Both the position numbers and the translations under genes were made by a program. From Pyrobaculum aerophilum str. IM2 (lineage in GTDB: Archaea > Thermoproteota > Thermoprotei > Thermoproteales > Thermoproteaceae), in contig NC_003364.1 of NCBI RefSeq assembly GCF_000007225.1, positions 1,920,001-1,952,000 on the forward strand: a stretch of 32,000 nucleotides of DNA. The letters run 5' to 3'. Shown here in pieces: positions 17,685 through 25,513 of the stretch. Each line of letters opens with the position of its first letter. Position 1 is the first letter of the stretch. A model generated the notes under the pieces. It was not told where the DNA came from and made no database searches. It saw nothing but the letters and a program-made list of their open reading frames with translations.

Positions 17685-17761
17685 GGGGCCGTAGCTCAGC
17701 CAGGCAGAGCGGCGGGCTCCAGACCCGTAGGGCGGGGGTTCAAATCCCTCCGGCCCCACCA
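17685..17761 (+). tRNA. tRNA-Trp (anticodon CCA at 17719-17721), no intron, CCA encoded
   Basis: Acceptor GGGGCCG/CGGCCCC. Anticodon arm GCGGG-CTCCAGA-CCCGT. T arm GGGGG-TTCAAAT-CCCTC. TATA-like GTTATAAAAC lies about 24 nt upstream. Confidence 0.9.
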
Positions 17762-17913
17762 CTTGTCCCTCCCCCTGATGACTTCAAACGGCCTATATCA
17801 CATCACGCTGTTTACAAACCGGTAGACTTCCCCAGACCCACATAGCTTTATAGCGATCACAAAACGGAGACGGCTGTTTCAAAAGTTATAATGCAATTTT
17901 GTTCATCAAAATT

Positions 17914-18468
17914 ATGTCCGCGGAAGTGTTGGAAAGGCCTCTCCCCAAGCCCTCTTCTGAGGGCTATGTCTCTGCGCGTTTGTTAGAGGCTCTGGTGGAG
18001 GGGCGTCTTGCTTTGGAGTTTCTTGAGAGGGGGCTTGTGAGAAACGCCGCTGGGAAGGCTTTTCAAGCATGGCGGGCGTTTTTGGCGGCTCTCCTCAGGC
18101 TTGAGCTTGATAGGCTTAAGGCCGTTGTAAAAACGGAAGAAGAGAGGCGCTGGCTTGAATCCACTGCAGTGCCGAGAGTGCCCACTGGGAGAATAAAGGC
18201 GTTGTCCCAAATGTTGGAAGAGGTGGGACATGGGGGGATTGCATTTGTTACAGCCATGGCGCTTGATCTCCACGATTATCAATACCACGGCCCAGACCCG
18301 GACATGGCGTTGAGCAAATACCGGAATAGAGAAGAGGCGGCTAGAGACGTCGTGTTGCTTCTGAAAGAGCTGGCTAGGCGCGTCGAGGCATTGAGGCAAA
18401 GAGTCCAGTGGGGCGGAGAGCTGGAGAGGGCGCTGGAGGGGCTTAAGACTTATATTGGCGGCTTGTAG
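17914..18468 (+). CDS. PaREP1-family helical protein
   Basis: All-helical. LEFLERGLVRNAAGKAFQAWRAFLAALL matches my memory of the PaREP1/PaREP8 family. I prefer ATG 17914 over TTG 17899 (TATA AAGTTATAATG lies about 26 nt upstream). Confidence 0.55.
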   Translation: MSAEVLERPLPKPSSEGYVSARLLEALVEGRLALEFLERGLVRNAAGKAFQAWRAFLAALLRLELDRLKAVVKTEEERRWLESTAVPRVPTGRIKALSQMLEEVGHGGIAFVTAMALDLHDYQYHGPDPDMALSKYRNREEAARDVVLLLKELARRVEALRQRVQWGGELERALEGLKTYIGGL

Positions 18469-18495
18469 TCTTGTGGGCAGGGTTTCAAACTGTAT

Positions 18496-19842
18496 TTATG
18501 CGCTTTTCACTAAGAGATATCTTTCAAAAACTATTTTAACGCCGTCTTTCCCTATGTGGAATTCTACATCGAGTTTATAGCCCTTGGTATAGGTGTGGAA
18601 TTTGGCGTAGTCCTCCCTTACCTCCTCGGGGAATAGGTAGAGTTCTTCTCCCCACTGGCTTTTCAAAATCAATATGTCGCCCTTTGCCTTAGCTGTGTAT
18701 GTGACGGTACCTTTATAGCCCCTGTAAGTTCCCTCTAGTTTTCTCAACACCTTTTCGCGCATGAGGAACGGCAACTCCTCCGGATTTCTGCCCAAGGCGA
18801 TAGCCAAGATGTACATGGCGATATAAGACATGGGATAGCCGGTGGAATTAGCCAGCACCACCACGCCTATTCTGTCGTAGGGGAGGTAGGCCATGTGGGC
18901 AGTGTACACGAGGACGTTTCCTCCGTGCATTACTATTTTCCTTCCGTAGAAATTTTCGCTTATTACAAGCCCGTATCCGTAGCCCTCGTCGCCGAGAAGT
19001 CTCCAAGGGACTGCCACCCGCTTTATCTCAGCCTCCTCAACGCTTTTTTTGCCTATAATCTCAACGCCGTTATATGTCCCTCTGTTTATTAACATTGCGA
19101 CATACTTCGCCATGTCAAGCGCATTGCTCATTATGCCGCCGTCTGAAGTAATGCCAATTGGTATTCTCCCCGGCGTTGGGGTCCCCTTTTCAGGATCGGG
19201 GTAGTAGGGCTTAGCCACGTCTCCGTCTTTCATAACCTCTTCAGAGGCTAGATACGTTCTCAACATGCCGAGCGGCGTCAGTATCTTCATCCTTACGCAT
19301 TCCCAGTAAGGAGCTCCCGTTACTTTTTCTATCACTAATCCCAGCAAGACATAGCCCTCGTTTAAGTAGAAAAACCTCTCCCCCGGCTTTGCAACTGCCC
19401 ACTCCTCAGCGCTCTCCATAAAGGGGAGTAAGTCTTGCGGCTTCGCCACGGGCAACCACGTCCCTCCTCTAGACACCAGCCCCTCGATAAACGCCTCGGC
19501 GTAGCCCAAGGCCGGGATCCCCGAAGTGTGCGTCAATAAATGGCGTATCGTCACGTTTTCACCACGGGATCTCAGCCTAATGGGTATGTACTTTTCCACA
19601 TTATCGTTTAACGACAGCCTTCCCTCCTCGACGAGTTTTAAAATACACAAAGCGGTGAAGGATTTAGTTATTGACCCTATGCCGTAAATCGTGGCTGGAG
19701 TTGCCGGGAGCCCGCGCTCTAAATCTCTAAACCCCAGGGCGTTAGCATAAGCCACCTCGCCGTCTTTAATAACAGCATAAGAGACGCTGGGGAGTTTCGT
19801 GGCGGCGATTTTCTCTAAGATAAAGGCGTCTATCTTATCCAC
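18496..19842 (-). CDS. Beta-lactamase-family serine hydrolase (class C / esterase / D-aminopeptidase-like)
   Basis: SxxK (SITKSF), YxN (YLN), and HGG in the KTG position. 448 aa with a C-terminal lipocalin-like extension. The GTG start is 2 nt after the radA stop. Confidence 0.8.
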   Translation of the reverse strand: MDKIDAFILEKIAATKLPSVSYAVIKDGEVAYANALGFRDLERGLPATPATIYGIGSITKSFTALCILKLVEEGRLSLNDNVEKYIPIRLRSRGENVTIRHLLTHTSGIPALGYAEAFIEGLVSRGGTWLPVAKPQDLLPFMESAEEWAVAKPGERFFYLNEGYVLLGLVIEKVTGAPYWECVRMKILTPLGMLRTYLASEEVMKDGDVAKPYYPDPEKGTPTPGRIPIGITSDGGIMSNALDMAKYVAMLINRGTYNGVEIIGKKSVEEAEIKRVAVPWRLLGDEGYGYGLVISENFYGRKIVMHGGNVLVYTAHMAYLPYDRIGVVVLANSTGYPMSYIAMYILAIALGRNPEELPFLMREKVLRKLEGTYRGYKGTVTYTAKAKGDILILKSQWGEELYLFPEEVREDYAKFHTYTKGYKLDVEFHIGKDGVKIVFERYLLVKSA

Positions 19843-19844
19843 GC

Positions 19845-20819
19845 CTACTCCAGACCAGCCCCCGTAATTCTGTACTCAATGCGTATATCCGGCGCCATCC
19901 CGGGGACGTCCAGTGGCCATATATACCCCTCGGGCTTTGTCTTATTTGGCCTAACCATCATAAAACGGGCGTTAACCGCGTGGGCGAGGACGTTGCCCCC
20001 CGCGGGCCTCTTCACCCCAGCGGCGAATATCTCCGGGACGTCCATGACTTGATTAGTAAGCACAGTGGTCAAGCCAAAGGTCCTGGCGTGTCTCCTCAGC
20101 CAGTCAACAAGATAATGTATGCGCTGTTGTCTGGTGGCGAGGTATTCCCTGCCCACGAATTCCGCCCTGTAGAGGGCCGTTATTGTGTCTATTACCAACA
20201 GCCTGCACCCCTCTTGGATGTGTTTTGGGACGTCGAATTTTACGATTTGCTCCAACTGAACGACGTTAGCCGGCTGGTAGACATATATGGAATCAGCAAT
20301 TCTCTCCACGTCTAGTTCAAACCTCCTCGCCACCGCCTCAATTAACGCCTCGTTGAAAGTGCCCTCCGTGTCAATATACACGACTCTCTCAGTGAAGCCC
20401 TCTCTCAGCGCGGCGACAGAGGCTTGGTGGGCTAGCATTGACTTCCCTGCGCCGAACTCCCCCGCAAATTCGTATATAAACGCCTCTCTAATGCCCCTCC
20501 ACGGCGTCTTTTCGTCAAACTCGGCGACGCCAGTCTTAAAAGCCTTTACTTGTCTCTGCCTCATTTCCCTCAGAGTCAGGGGCCTAGCCGCGCCAACTCT
20601 CTGAAGTGCTTGTTGTAAGAGCTTAACAGCCCTGTCGTACTCAATGCCGGCCTCTACTAACTCCTCTACGGTAAATTCTGCGAGGTGCTCCACCGAAGTG
20701 ACTCCCAGCTCTCTGAGCTTTTCCAAAGTCTTAGGCCCCACGCCCTCAATAGACTGAAGATCTTCTCGCCTCTTAGACACAATATGTAGCCCGTATCGTT
20801 TTATAACATTTCCCTCCAC
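19845..20819 (-). CDS. radA: DNA repair and recombination protein RadA
   Basis: N-terminal HhH (IEGVGPKTLEKL). Walker A GEFGAGKS and Walker B LLVIDT. The true start may be GTG 20780 (VSKRRED...), which lies about 23 nt downstream of TATA TTATAAAA (20799-20806). Confidence 0.93.
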   Translation of the reverse strand: MEGNVIKRYGLHIVSKRREDLQSIEGVGPKTLEKLRELGVTSVEHLAEFTVEELVEAGIEYDRAVKLLQQALQRVGAARPLTLREMRQRQVKAFKTGVAEFDEKTPWRGIREAFIYEFAGEFGAGKSMLAHQASVAALREGFTERVVYIDTEGTFNEALIEAVARRFELDVERIADSIYVYQPANVVQLEQIVKFDVPKHIQEGCRLLVIDTITALYRAEFVGREYLATRQQRIHYLVDWLRRHARTFGLTTVLTNQVMDVPEIFAAGVKRPAGGNVLAHAVNARFMMVRPNKTKPEGYIWPLDVPGMAPDIRIEYRITGAGLE

Positions 20820-21009
20820 AGGAGCTCCAACCGCCGGATATTGCCGTAGGGGTAAGTAAAGCTTGCCCCCGAGTTATTAAGACATTTAACCGTCTCTTTG
20901 CCCGGCGGACAAATAGGCGCCCTCCGGTTGATTATGCAACTGCCCAATGTGGCGTTTTTAGAGCGTTGTCCTATTTCTATCAACGACAGATCACCACGCT
21001 ACACACTAC

Positions 21010-21116
21010 TTTATTATTTTACTATTAAATTTCTATTTTGATTTATTAGTGTAAGAACTTTACTTTTAATATTGAGTATTAATAAGTTACTTTGAGTAAG
21101 TCAATTTTATTAATAG
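21010..21116. other. Extremely AT-rich intergenic tract
   Basis: My hand count is 16 G+C in the 100 nt at 21011-21110. Spot counts in flanking coding DNA give roughly 50-60 percent. Short reiterated words are present: ACTTTA x3, TTGAGTA x2, ATTAATA x2. Confidence 0.7.
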
Positions 21117-21133
21117 CTAGGTACGTCGTGTAT

Positions 21134-22036
21134 ATGCCAAGGAAGAGTATTTACATGCTAGCCGCGGCGGCGTTTATAATAGCCGTAATATTTGCGTTGG
21201 GAAGCGGCCATGAGAAAATAGCCGAGTGGTACTATACGAACAGCACTTTTGTTTCAGGCGGGGGGCCTAAATACGCCGTGGTTTTAAAATATGAGAACGG
21301 TACTTATGTCAAGGCCGGGGAGTACGGGGAGCCCCCAAGGGGCATGCGTTACCTCGGAAGAGGCAGCGAGAGGCCCGCCAAGAGAGTTGAAATTCCGGAA
21401 AGTCGTGTTAGAGATGTCGTCAATCGCGCCGGCGTTAAGGGAAAAATATTGGGCACTTACAGATTTAACGGCACTCACGTCGTTACGCTAGTGGAAGAAG
21501 AGCCGCTTAAAATGTGGGCAATAATTTGGAACAACAAGAGCTTATACACTAAGGCCTTGCAGTTTGAGAAGTATCTGGAGGAGGAGTATGTAGAGGTGGC
21601 GGAGCGCGAGGGGGATATCACTTTTACAAGAGGTTGGCGTATAGTGGGATATGTGGAGGCAAGTGGCATCTTGCCTTTCAGCACCTATACGTTCTATGAT
21701 GAGAGCTCGGGGCAGTTCAACGCGTCTTTAGGCTATTTCAAAGTAGCTACGGCGGGGTGGTTCACAATAGTATACGGCGCCGCGGTTTATGTGGAGGACA
21801 GGTCGTATTACGAATTGACTGACCCAATGTTGCGTTTATGCTTTTTCAACTCCCAGACGTCTGGAAGCGGCTCTATATTAGCAAGCGTTAGAGCCAATGG
21901 CAGAGCCATTACTATTACTTGTGGGTTGCTCGGTACAGTGTTTGACATCATTGCCTATATAGGATACGACGCCTTTTTATATAGACACGCCGCTGCTCAC
22001 GGAAATAAGTGGTTTACGTCAGGTTGCGTCTGTTAA
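21134..22036 (+). CDS. Hypothetical membrane-anchored or secreted protein with several N-glycosylation sequons
   Basis: N-terminal hydrophobic anchor MLAAAAFIIAVIFALGSG. NxS/T sequons NST, NGT (x2), NKS, NAS. Ends in a Cys pair (SGCVC). I prefer ATG 21134 over TTG 21092. Confidence 0.55.
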   Translation: MPRKSIYMLAAAAFIIAVIFALGSGHEKIAEWYYTNSTFVSGGGPKYAVVLKYENGTYVKAGEYGEPPRGMRYLGRGSERPAKRVEIPESRVRDVVNRAGVKGKILGTYRFNGTHVVTLVEEEPLKMWAIIWNNKSLYTKALQFEKYLEEEYVEVAEREGDITFTRGWRIVGYVEASGILPFSTYTFYDESSGQFNASLGYFKVATAGWFTIVYGAAVYVEDRSYYELTDPMLRLCFFNSQTSGSGSILASVRANGRAITITCGLLGTVFDIIAYIGYDAFLYRHAAAHGNKWFTSGCVC

Positions 22037-22287
22037 CGTAACCCCAAGTTTTCCAACACCTCTTCTATTTTTCTTAATACCTCTAAGCCTTGGGGAGTTA
22101 ACGTCACCTCCCTATCTATTTTCACAATTCCCACTTCATTGAGATATCTCAGATAATCCAATGCCCTCTGGTAATTAAGCCTCGCGTAAAGGGCAAGCGA
22201 GGTTTTTGAAAGGGGGCCGTGGTCTTTTAAAATTTTCAAAATCCTATAGGTCACGTATAAATCGGGCTTAAATCTTGATCTCCTCAT
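22033..22287 (-). CDS. Small winged-helix (wHTH) DNA-binding protein, putative transcription regulator
   Basis: 84 aa. ILKILKDHGPLSKTSLALYARLNYQRALDYLRYLNEVGIV is a classic wHTH pattern. GC is about 40 percent (104 of 257 nt by hand count), below the neighbouring genes. Confidence 0.7.
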   Translation of the reverse strand: MRRSRFKPDLYVTYRILKILKDHGPLSKTSLALYARLNYQRALDYLRYLNEVGIVKIDREVTLTPQGLEVLRKIEEVLENLGLR

Positions 22288-22762
22288 GAGCTTCTCTGAG
22301 TTTTTCCGCCAGCTGGAACTCCTCCACCATTTTCTTCAACTCCCGCCCCGTAAGCCTGGCGTAAGCCACGGCGAAGAGGGTAAGCGCAATAGCTATACTT
22401 ACGTAGGAGTCCTTAAGCCATATGCTGGCCGCCGCCGCGGCGCCTATTGACGCCGCAAATATCGCTATTGCCCTCGTCGTGAGCTCTGCCACGGTGCAGA
22501 AATACGGCCTCTCGGCGATGAATTGCATTAAGGCTAGCGCCGCCTCTTTTTCATTAGCGACTTTCCTCACAAACCTTCTGGCGATTATACCGGAGGCCAG
22601 GGCCGGTACGAACCAGAGTGAAAGTACAGACTCTTTAAATCCTGCCGACAAGCGGAGGCTGTCTGTTATGTACGCCGTGAAGAAAGCCGCCAAGTAAATG
22701 ACGTAGAGCCTTTTTGCCCAGTAGAACTCTAGACATGTCAATAGGCGTTTTTTAAATTTCAT
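22268..22762 (-). CDS. Hypothetical membrane protein (164 aa, 3-4 TM) with a C-terminal amphipathic helix
   Basis: Hydrophobic segments. The 3' end overlaps the wHTH gene start by 20 nt, so they are probably co-transcribed. TATA TTATAAATC lies about 26 nt upstream of ATG 22762. Confidence 0.6.
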   Translation of the reverse strand: MKFKKRLLTCLEFYWAKRLYVIYLAAFFTAYITDSLRLSAGFKESVLSLWFVPALASGIIARRFVRKVANEKEAALALMQFIAERPYFCTVAELTTRAIAIFAASIGAAAAASIWLKDSYVSIAIALTLFAVAYARLTGRELKKMVEEFQLAEKLREAHEEIKI

Positions 22763-22804
22763 AATGGTATTGTATTTTTCATAGATTTATAACTGACTTA
22801 TTAA

Positions 22805-22912
22805 GAGTAATTTATATTTAACTAATTCCTATTATATAAAATTTCAGAGGGGTATGAGTTTTAGTATTTAGATGGCAACTCAGAGTTTTTAACTTGACGT
22901 AGAGTTTAAATC
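22805..22912 (+). repeat. Direct GAGT(T/A)-T-rich iterons upstream of the ParA-like gene
   Basis: GAGTTTTAG (22856-22864), GAGTTTTTAAC (22883-22893), GAGTTTAAATC (22902-12), and a weaker GAGTAATTTA (22805-22814). They sit in a 172-nt spacer of about 26 percent GC (43 of 168 nt by hand count). Confidence 0.35.
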
Positions 22913-22934
22913 TGTATGATGCCATATAGAAGTT

Positions 22935-23744
22935 GTGCAGATAATCGCGTTTCTTTCAGCTAGCGGCGGCGTTGGAAAGACCACAGTTGCCCTTCACTTA
23001 GCGCATAAATTTCTAAGCGACGCCAGGAGGGTTTTGTTAATAGACCTTGATCCCAGCGCCGGCCTTACCGCCGCGCTTCTCGGCGAGGAGGAAGCCGCCA
23101 AATTGGAGGCAAGGGGGATGACGGTGGGCGATGCGCTTCTGAAGTTCATGAGAGGCGAGGTCGTGAACCTAGGGGATTACGTAGTGTCTGCAAGGCTTGG
23201 CGCCTTTCAAGTCGACGTGGTCCCAAGCGGGGATTCCCTCAGCGACGCCATGGGGATGGCGTGGTTTTCAGGCAACAGGCCTAGTCCAGAGCGCCTACTT
23301 AGACACTTCTTAGACAAATCAGGCGCCGACCGGTGGGACGTCGTATTGCTCGACACGTTGCCGTTTTACGAGAGGCGGTATACGCTGACTGCCTTTTACG
23401 CCGCTGATAAGATAATTATCGTAACGCACCCGTACGGCGCCGAGCCGATCAGAGTGAAGAGAATGTATGGCAAGTTGATGGAGGTGGTGGAGAGGGGCAT
23501 AGACATAAAGGCGAGAGTTTTAATCAATAAAGTGGATAACAGCACTAGGGAGGGGCGCGAGGCTTTTAAAATAGTGGAGAGGAGCCTAAACCTCCCCAGG
23601 TTTCAGACTATTCTAAGCCTTAGAGTTGATTACACTAGAGTCCCCCAGATGAAATACATAGAGAATAAAAAGGCAAGGGAGGAAGTGGAGGCCTTGTATA
23701 GAGAAGTGAAGGAGTGGCTAAGCGTGGAGCTGGCCATTTATTAA
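22935..23744 (+). CDS. ParA/MinD-superfamily ATPase with an atypical Walker A (SASGGVGKTT)
   Basis: P-loop GGVGKTT, IDLDPSAG, Walker B VVLLDTLP. 269 aa. GTG start about 30 nt downstream of GAGTTTAAATC. Confidence 0.85.
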   Translation: MQIIAFLSASGGVGKTTVALHLAHKFLSDARRVLLIDLDPSAGLTAALLGEEEAAKLEARGMTVGDALLKFMRGEVVNLGDYVVSARLGAFQVDVVPSGDSLSDAMGMAWFSGNRPSPERLLRHFLDKSGADRWDVVLLDTLPFYERRYTLTAFYAADKIIIVTHPYGAEPIRVKRMYGKLMEVVERGIDIKARVLINKVDNSTREGREAFKIVERSLNLPRFQTILSLRVDYTRVPQMKYIENKKAREEVEALYREVKEWLSVELAIY

Positions 23745-23838
23745 TCAGCGTGATAACCGCCAAGTCACCGCTCGGCTACTCCCCGAGACTCCGTCACGTC
23801 TCTCTGGGGGCATAGGCTTTTAAGCTTGTGCGCTCTTT

Positions 23839-23898
23839 CAAGCGGTGATGTGCCTCACGGTAGGCGAGGGGTGAGCGCAACGCCCTTCACTGAGCTTG
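23839..23898 (+). ncRNA. Candidate C/D box sRNA (2'-O-methylation guide)
   Basis: Terminal stem CAAGC (23839-43) / GCTTG (23894-98). C box GTGATGT (23845-51). 12-nt spacer. D' GCGA (23864-67). C' GTGAGCG (23871-77). 12-nt spacer. D box CTGA (23890-93). The 12/12 spacing matches archaeal C/D architecture. Confidence 0.55.
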
Positions 23899-24114
23899 GC
23901 CGGCTAGCTTGCGCTTTAAGAATTCTAGGAACTCCTGCGCCTCTTCTTCTGATAAATAGCCCACGCGCAATCTCTCCGCCAGCTCTCTATCGCCCACCAC
24001 CACGACGAATTTTCCCTCAATTGAGGAAAGTTGATCAGCGCGAACAGCCTTTACGCCCGTTATTCCCTCCCACTCTTTGGGCGGGTCTTTTTTAAACGCA
24101 AAATATAGTTCCAT
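23887..24114 (-). CDS. Hypothetical small protein (75 aa)
   Basis: ORF with protein-like composition. TATA-like TTTTTTAAAA lies about 25 nt upstream of ATG 24114. No recognisable motif. Confidence 0.45.
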   Translation of the reverse strand: MELYFAFKKDPPKEWEGITGVKAVRADQLSSIEGKFVVVVGDRELAERLRVGYLSEEEAQEFLEFLKRKLAGQAQ

Positions 24115-24154
24115 ATAGATGCCATATATCCATTTTAAAAAATCATGCGTAGTG

Positions 24155-24706
24155 CTATAAACTCAAGTAAGGCTTGAGACAAGTCTCTAGCCAGAATTTT
24201 TCCACGTCGTTGGTACGCTGGGCAACCTCGCGGGGATCGGCCCCTTTTATGAAAAGTACGTCGTCGTCATAACCGCAAGTGGCTTTTAACAAGAAATCTC
24301 TGGCCCTCCGCGGTATGTCCTCCCAGCGGTGCGGCGTGTAGCCGAGCTTAGTAAATAGCCGCAGTGCCGCGGCGTTATCCTCCATGGTTGTGGCCATATA
24401 CACCGGCGCGGTGCAGAGTTTCTCAACTCTCTGCACTATCTGAGTAGCTACTCCTCTGTTTCTGTGTTCAGGCACCACGGCTATGTAGTAGTGGACGCAA
24501 GCTGGCGTGAGTAAATCGACTTTATAGAAAATCTCGGCGCCCGCGGCGGCTCCGCCTATTAGCGCCACAATGCCGTTTGACTTCGGCCATTTTTCTAACA
24601 CGGCCTTTGCGTATTTAACAGGGCCCTTGTAATAAAGGCCTATTATCTCCAGCGCCTTCCACCTATCCTCTACGAACTCCACTAGAAATCCTCGCGAAGT
24701 CCTCAT
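24155..24706 (-). CDS. GNAT-family N-acetyltransferase
   Basis: Acetyl-CoA binding motif HRNRGVATQIVQRVE (R-x-x-G-x-A), followed by ALRLFTKLGY. Confidence 0.8.
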   Translation of the reverse strand: MRTSRGFLVEFVEDRWKALEIIGLYYKGPVKYAKAVLEKWPKSNGIVALIGGAAAGAEIFYKVDLLTPACVHYYIAVVPEHRNRGVATQIVQRVEKLCTAPVYMATTMEDNAAALRLFTKLGYTPHRWEDIPRRARDFLLKATCGYDDDVLFIKGADPREVAQRTNDVEKFWLETCLKPYLSL

Positions 24707-25484
24707 CGCTTAGCTCCACCCCAAGGGCGCCTGCTATTTCGTCGATATGGTTTTTCCTCTCGGCCTTGGGTATCGGCACTACTCCCCGTTTTACATACCA
24801 CGCTAGGGCCGCTTGCACCGGCGTGATGCCGTATTTTCTGCCGATTTCGGCAAGCAGAGGGTCCCGGGCCAGTGCGCCTTTTTCGAGCGGGGTGTAGGCT
24901 ATGTACATTATTCCGTTTGCTTGGGCATATGGTATTACGTCGACTTCGTCGCGTCGGTTATATAAAGAGTAGTGGTTTTGCACCGCGGCCAGCTGGTACT
25001 TCTTAGCACAAGCCTCAGCCTCCTGTAGCTGGCTGAGGGAGAAGTTGCTCACGCCGAAGTGCCTAATAACGCCTCTGTCAACTAAGGCCTCAAAGGCCTT
25101 AATAGTTTCGCATATTGGCACAGAGTCAGAGGGCCAGTGAAGTAAGTAGAGGTCTATATAAGTGCCGAGTCTGGACGCGCTGGCCTCTGCCGACTTTATC
25201 ACGTCGTCATATCTGGCGTGGTTAGGCCATACTTTAGTGATTATAAATAGCTCATCTCTAGCAAACCCCCTTATTGCCCTCCCCACGAGCTCCTCGGCGT
25301 GGCCTCCGCCGTACATCTCTGCAGTATCTATCAGCTTTATCCCCTTCTCAACCGCGTATTTAATAGCCTCTATCCACTCGGCGTCTCTGCTGGTGTCAGC
25401 AATCCAAAAGCCTCCTCCAATGCCCCATGTGCCCAAGCCAATTGCCGGCACACAGCCCACTCTTTTAAAACAAGCCCTTTTCAT
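24663..25484 (-). CDS. Aldo/keto reductase
   Basis: GLGTWGIGG, IDTAEMYG, DLYLLHWP and FGVSNF motifs. Confidence 0.9.
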   Translation of the reverse strand: MKRACFKRVGCVPAIGLGTWGIGGGFWIADTSRDAEWIEAIKYAVEKGIKLIDTAEMYGGGHAEELVGRAIRGFARDELFIITKVWPNHARYDDVIKSAEASASRLGTYIDLYLLHWPSDSVPICETIKAFEALVDRGVIRHFGVSNFSLSQLQEAEACAKKYQLAAVQNHYSLYNRRDEVDVIPYAQANGIMYIAYTPLEKGALARDPLLAEIGRKYGITPVQAALAWYVKRGVVPIPKAERKNHIDEIAGALGVELSDEDFARISSGVRRG

Positions 25485-25513
25485 GTTTTTATAATCCTAT
25501 GGATTTTATAAGT

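Noticed and set aside
20814-20823. ORB-like word CTCCACAGGA (compare crenarchaeal origin recognition boxes TCCA..GGAAAC) near the AT-rich tract, suggesting a replication origin.
   Set aside because: It is single-copy with no inverted partner on the other side of the AT tract. It diverges from the consensus after GGA, overlaps the radA 5' coding/start region, and no orc1/cdc6 gene lies nearby.
20801-20983. 60-aa ORF (-) upstream of and overlapping the radA start.
   Set aside because: It overlaps the radA 5' end and promoter and has no recognisable features. It is probably non-coding.
22918-22928. 11-nt direct repeat GATGCCATATA at 22918-22928 and 24118-24128, bracketing the ParA / C-D sRNA / 75-aa gene unit. 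This could be att-like.
   Set aside because: Many 11-mer coincidences are expected by chance in 32 kb counting both strands. Both copies sit in TATA-to-start promoter regions, where similar AT-rich words recur.
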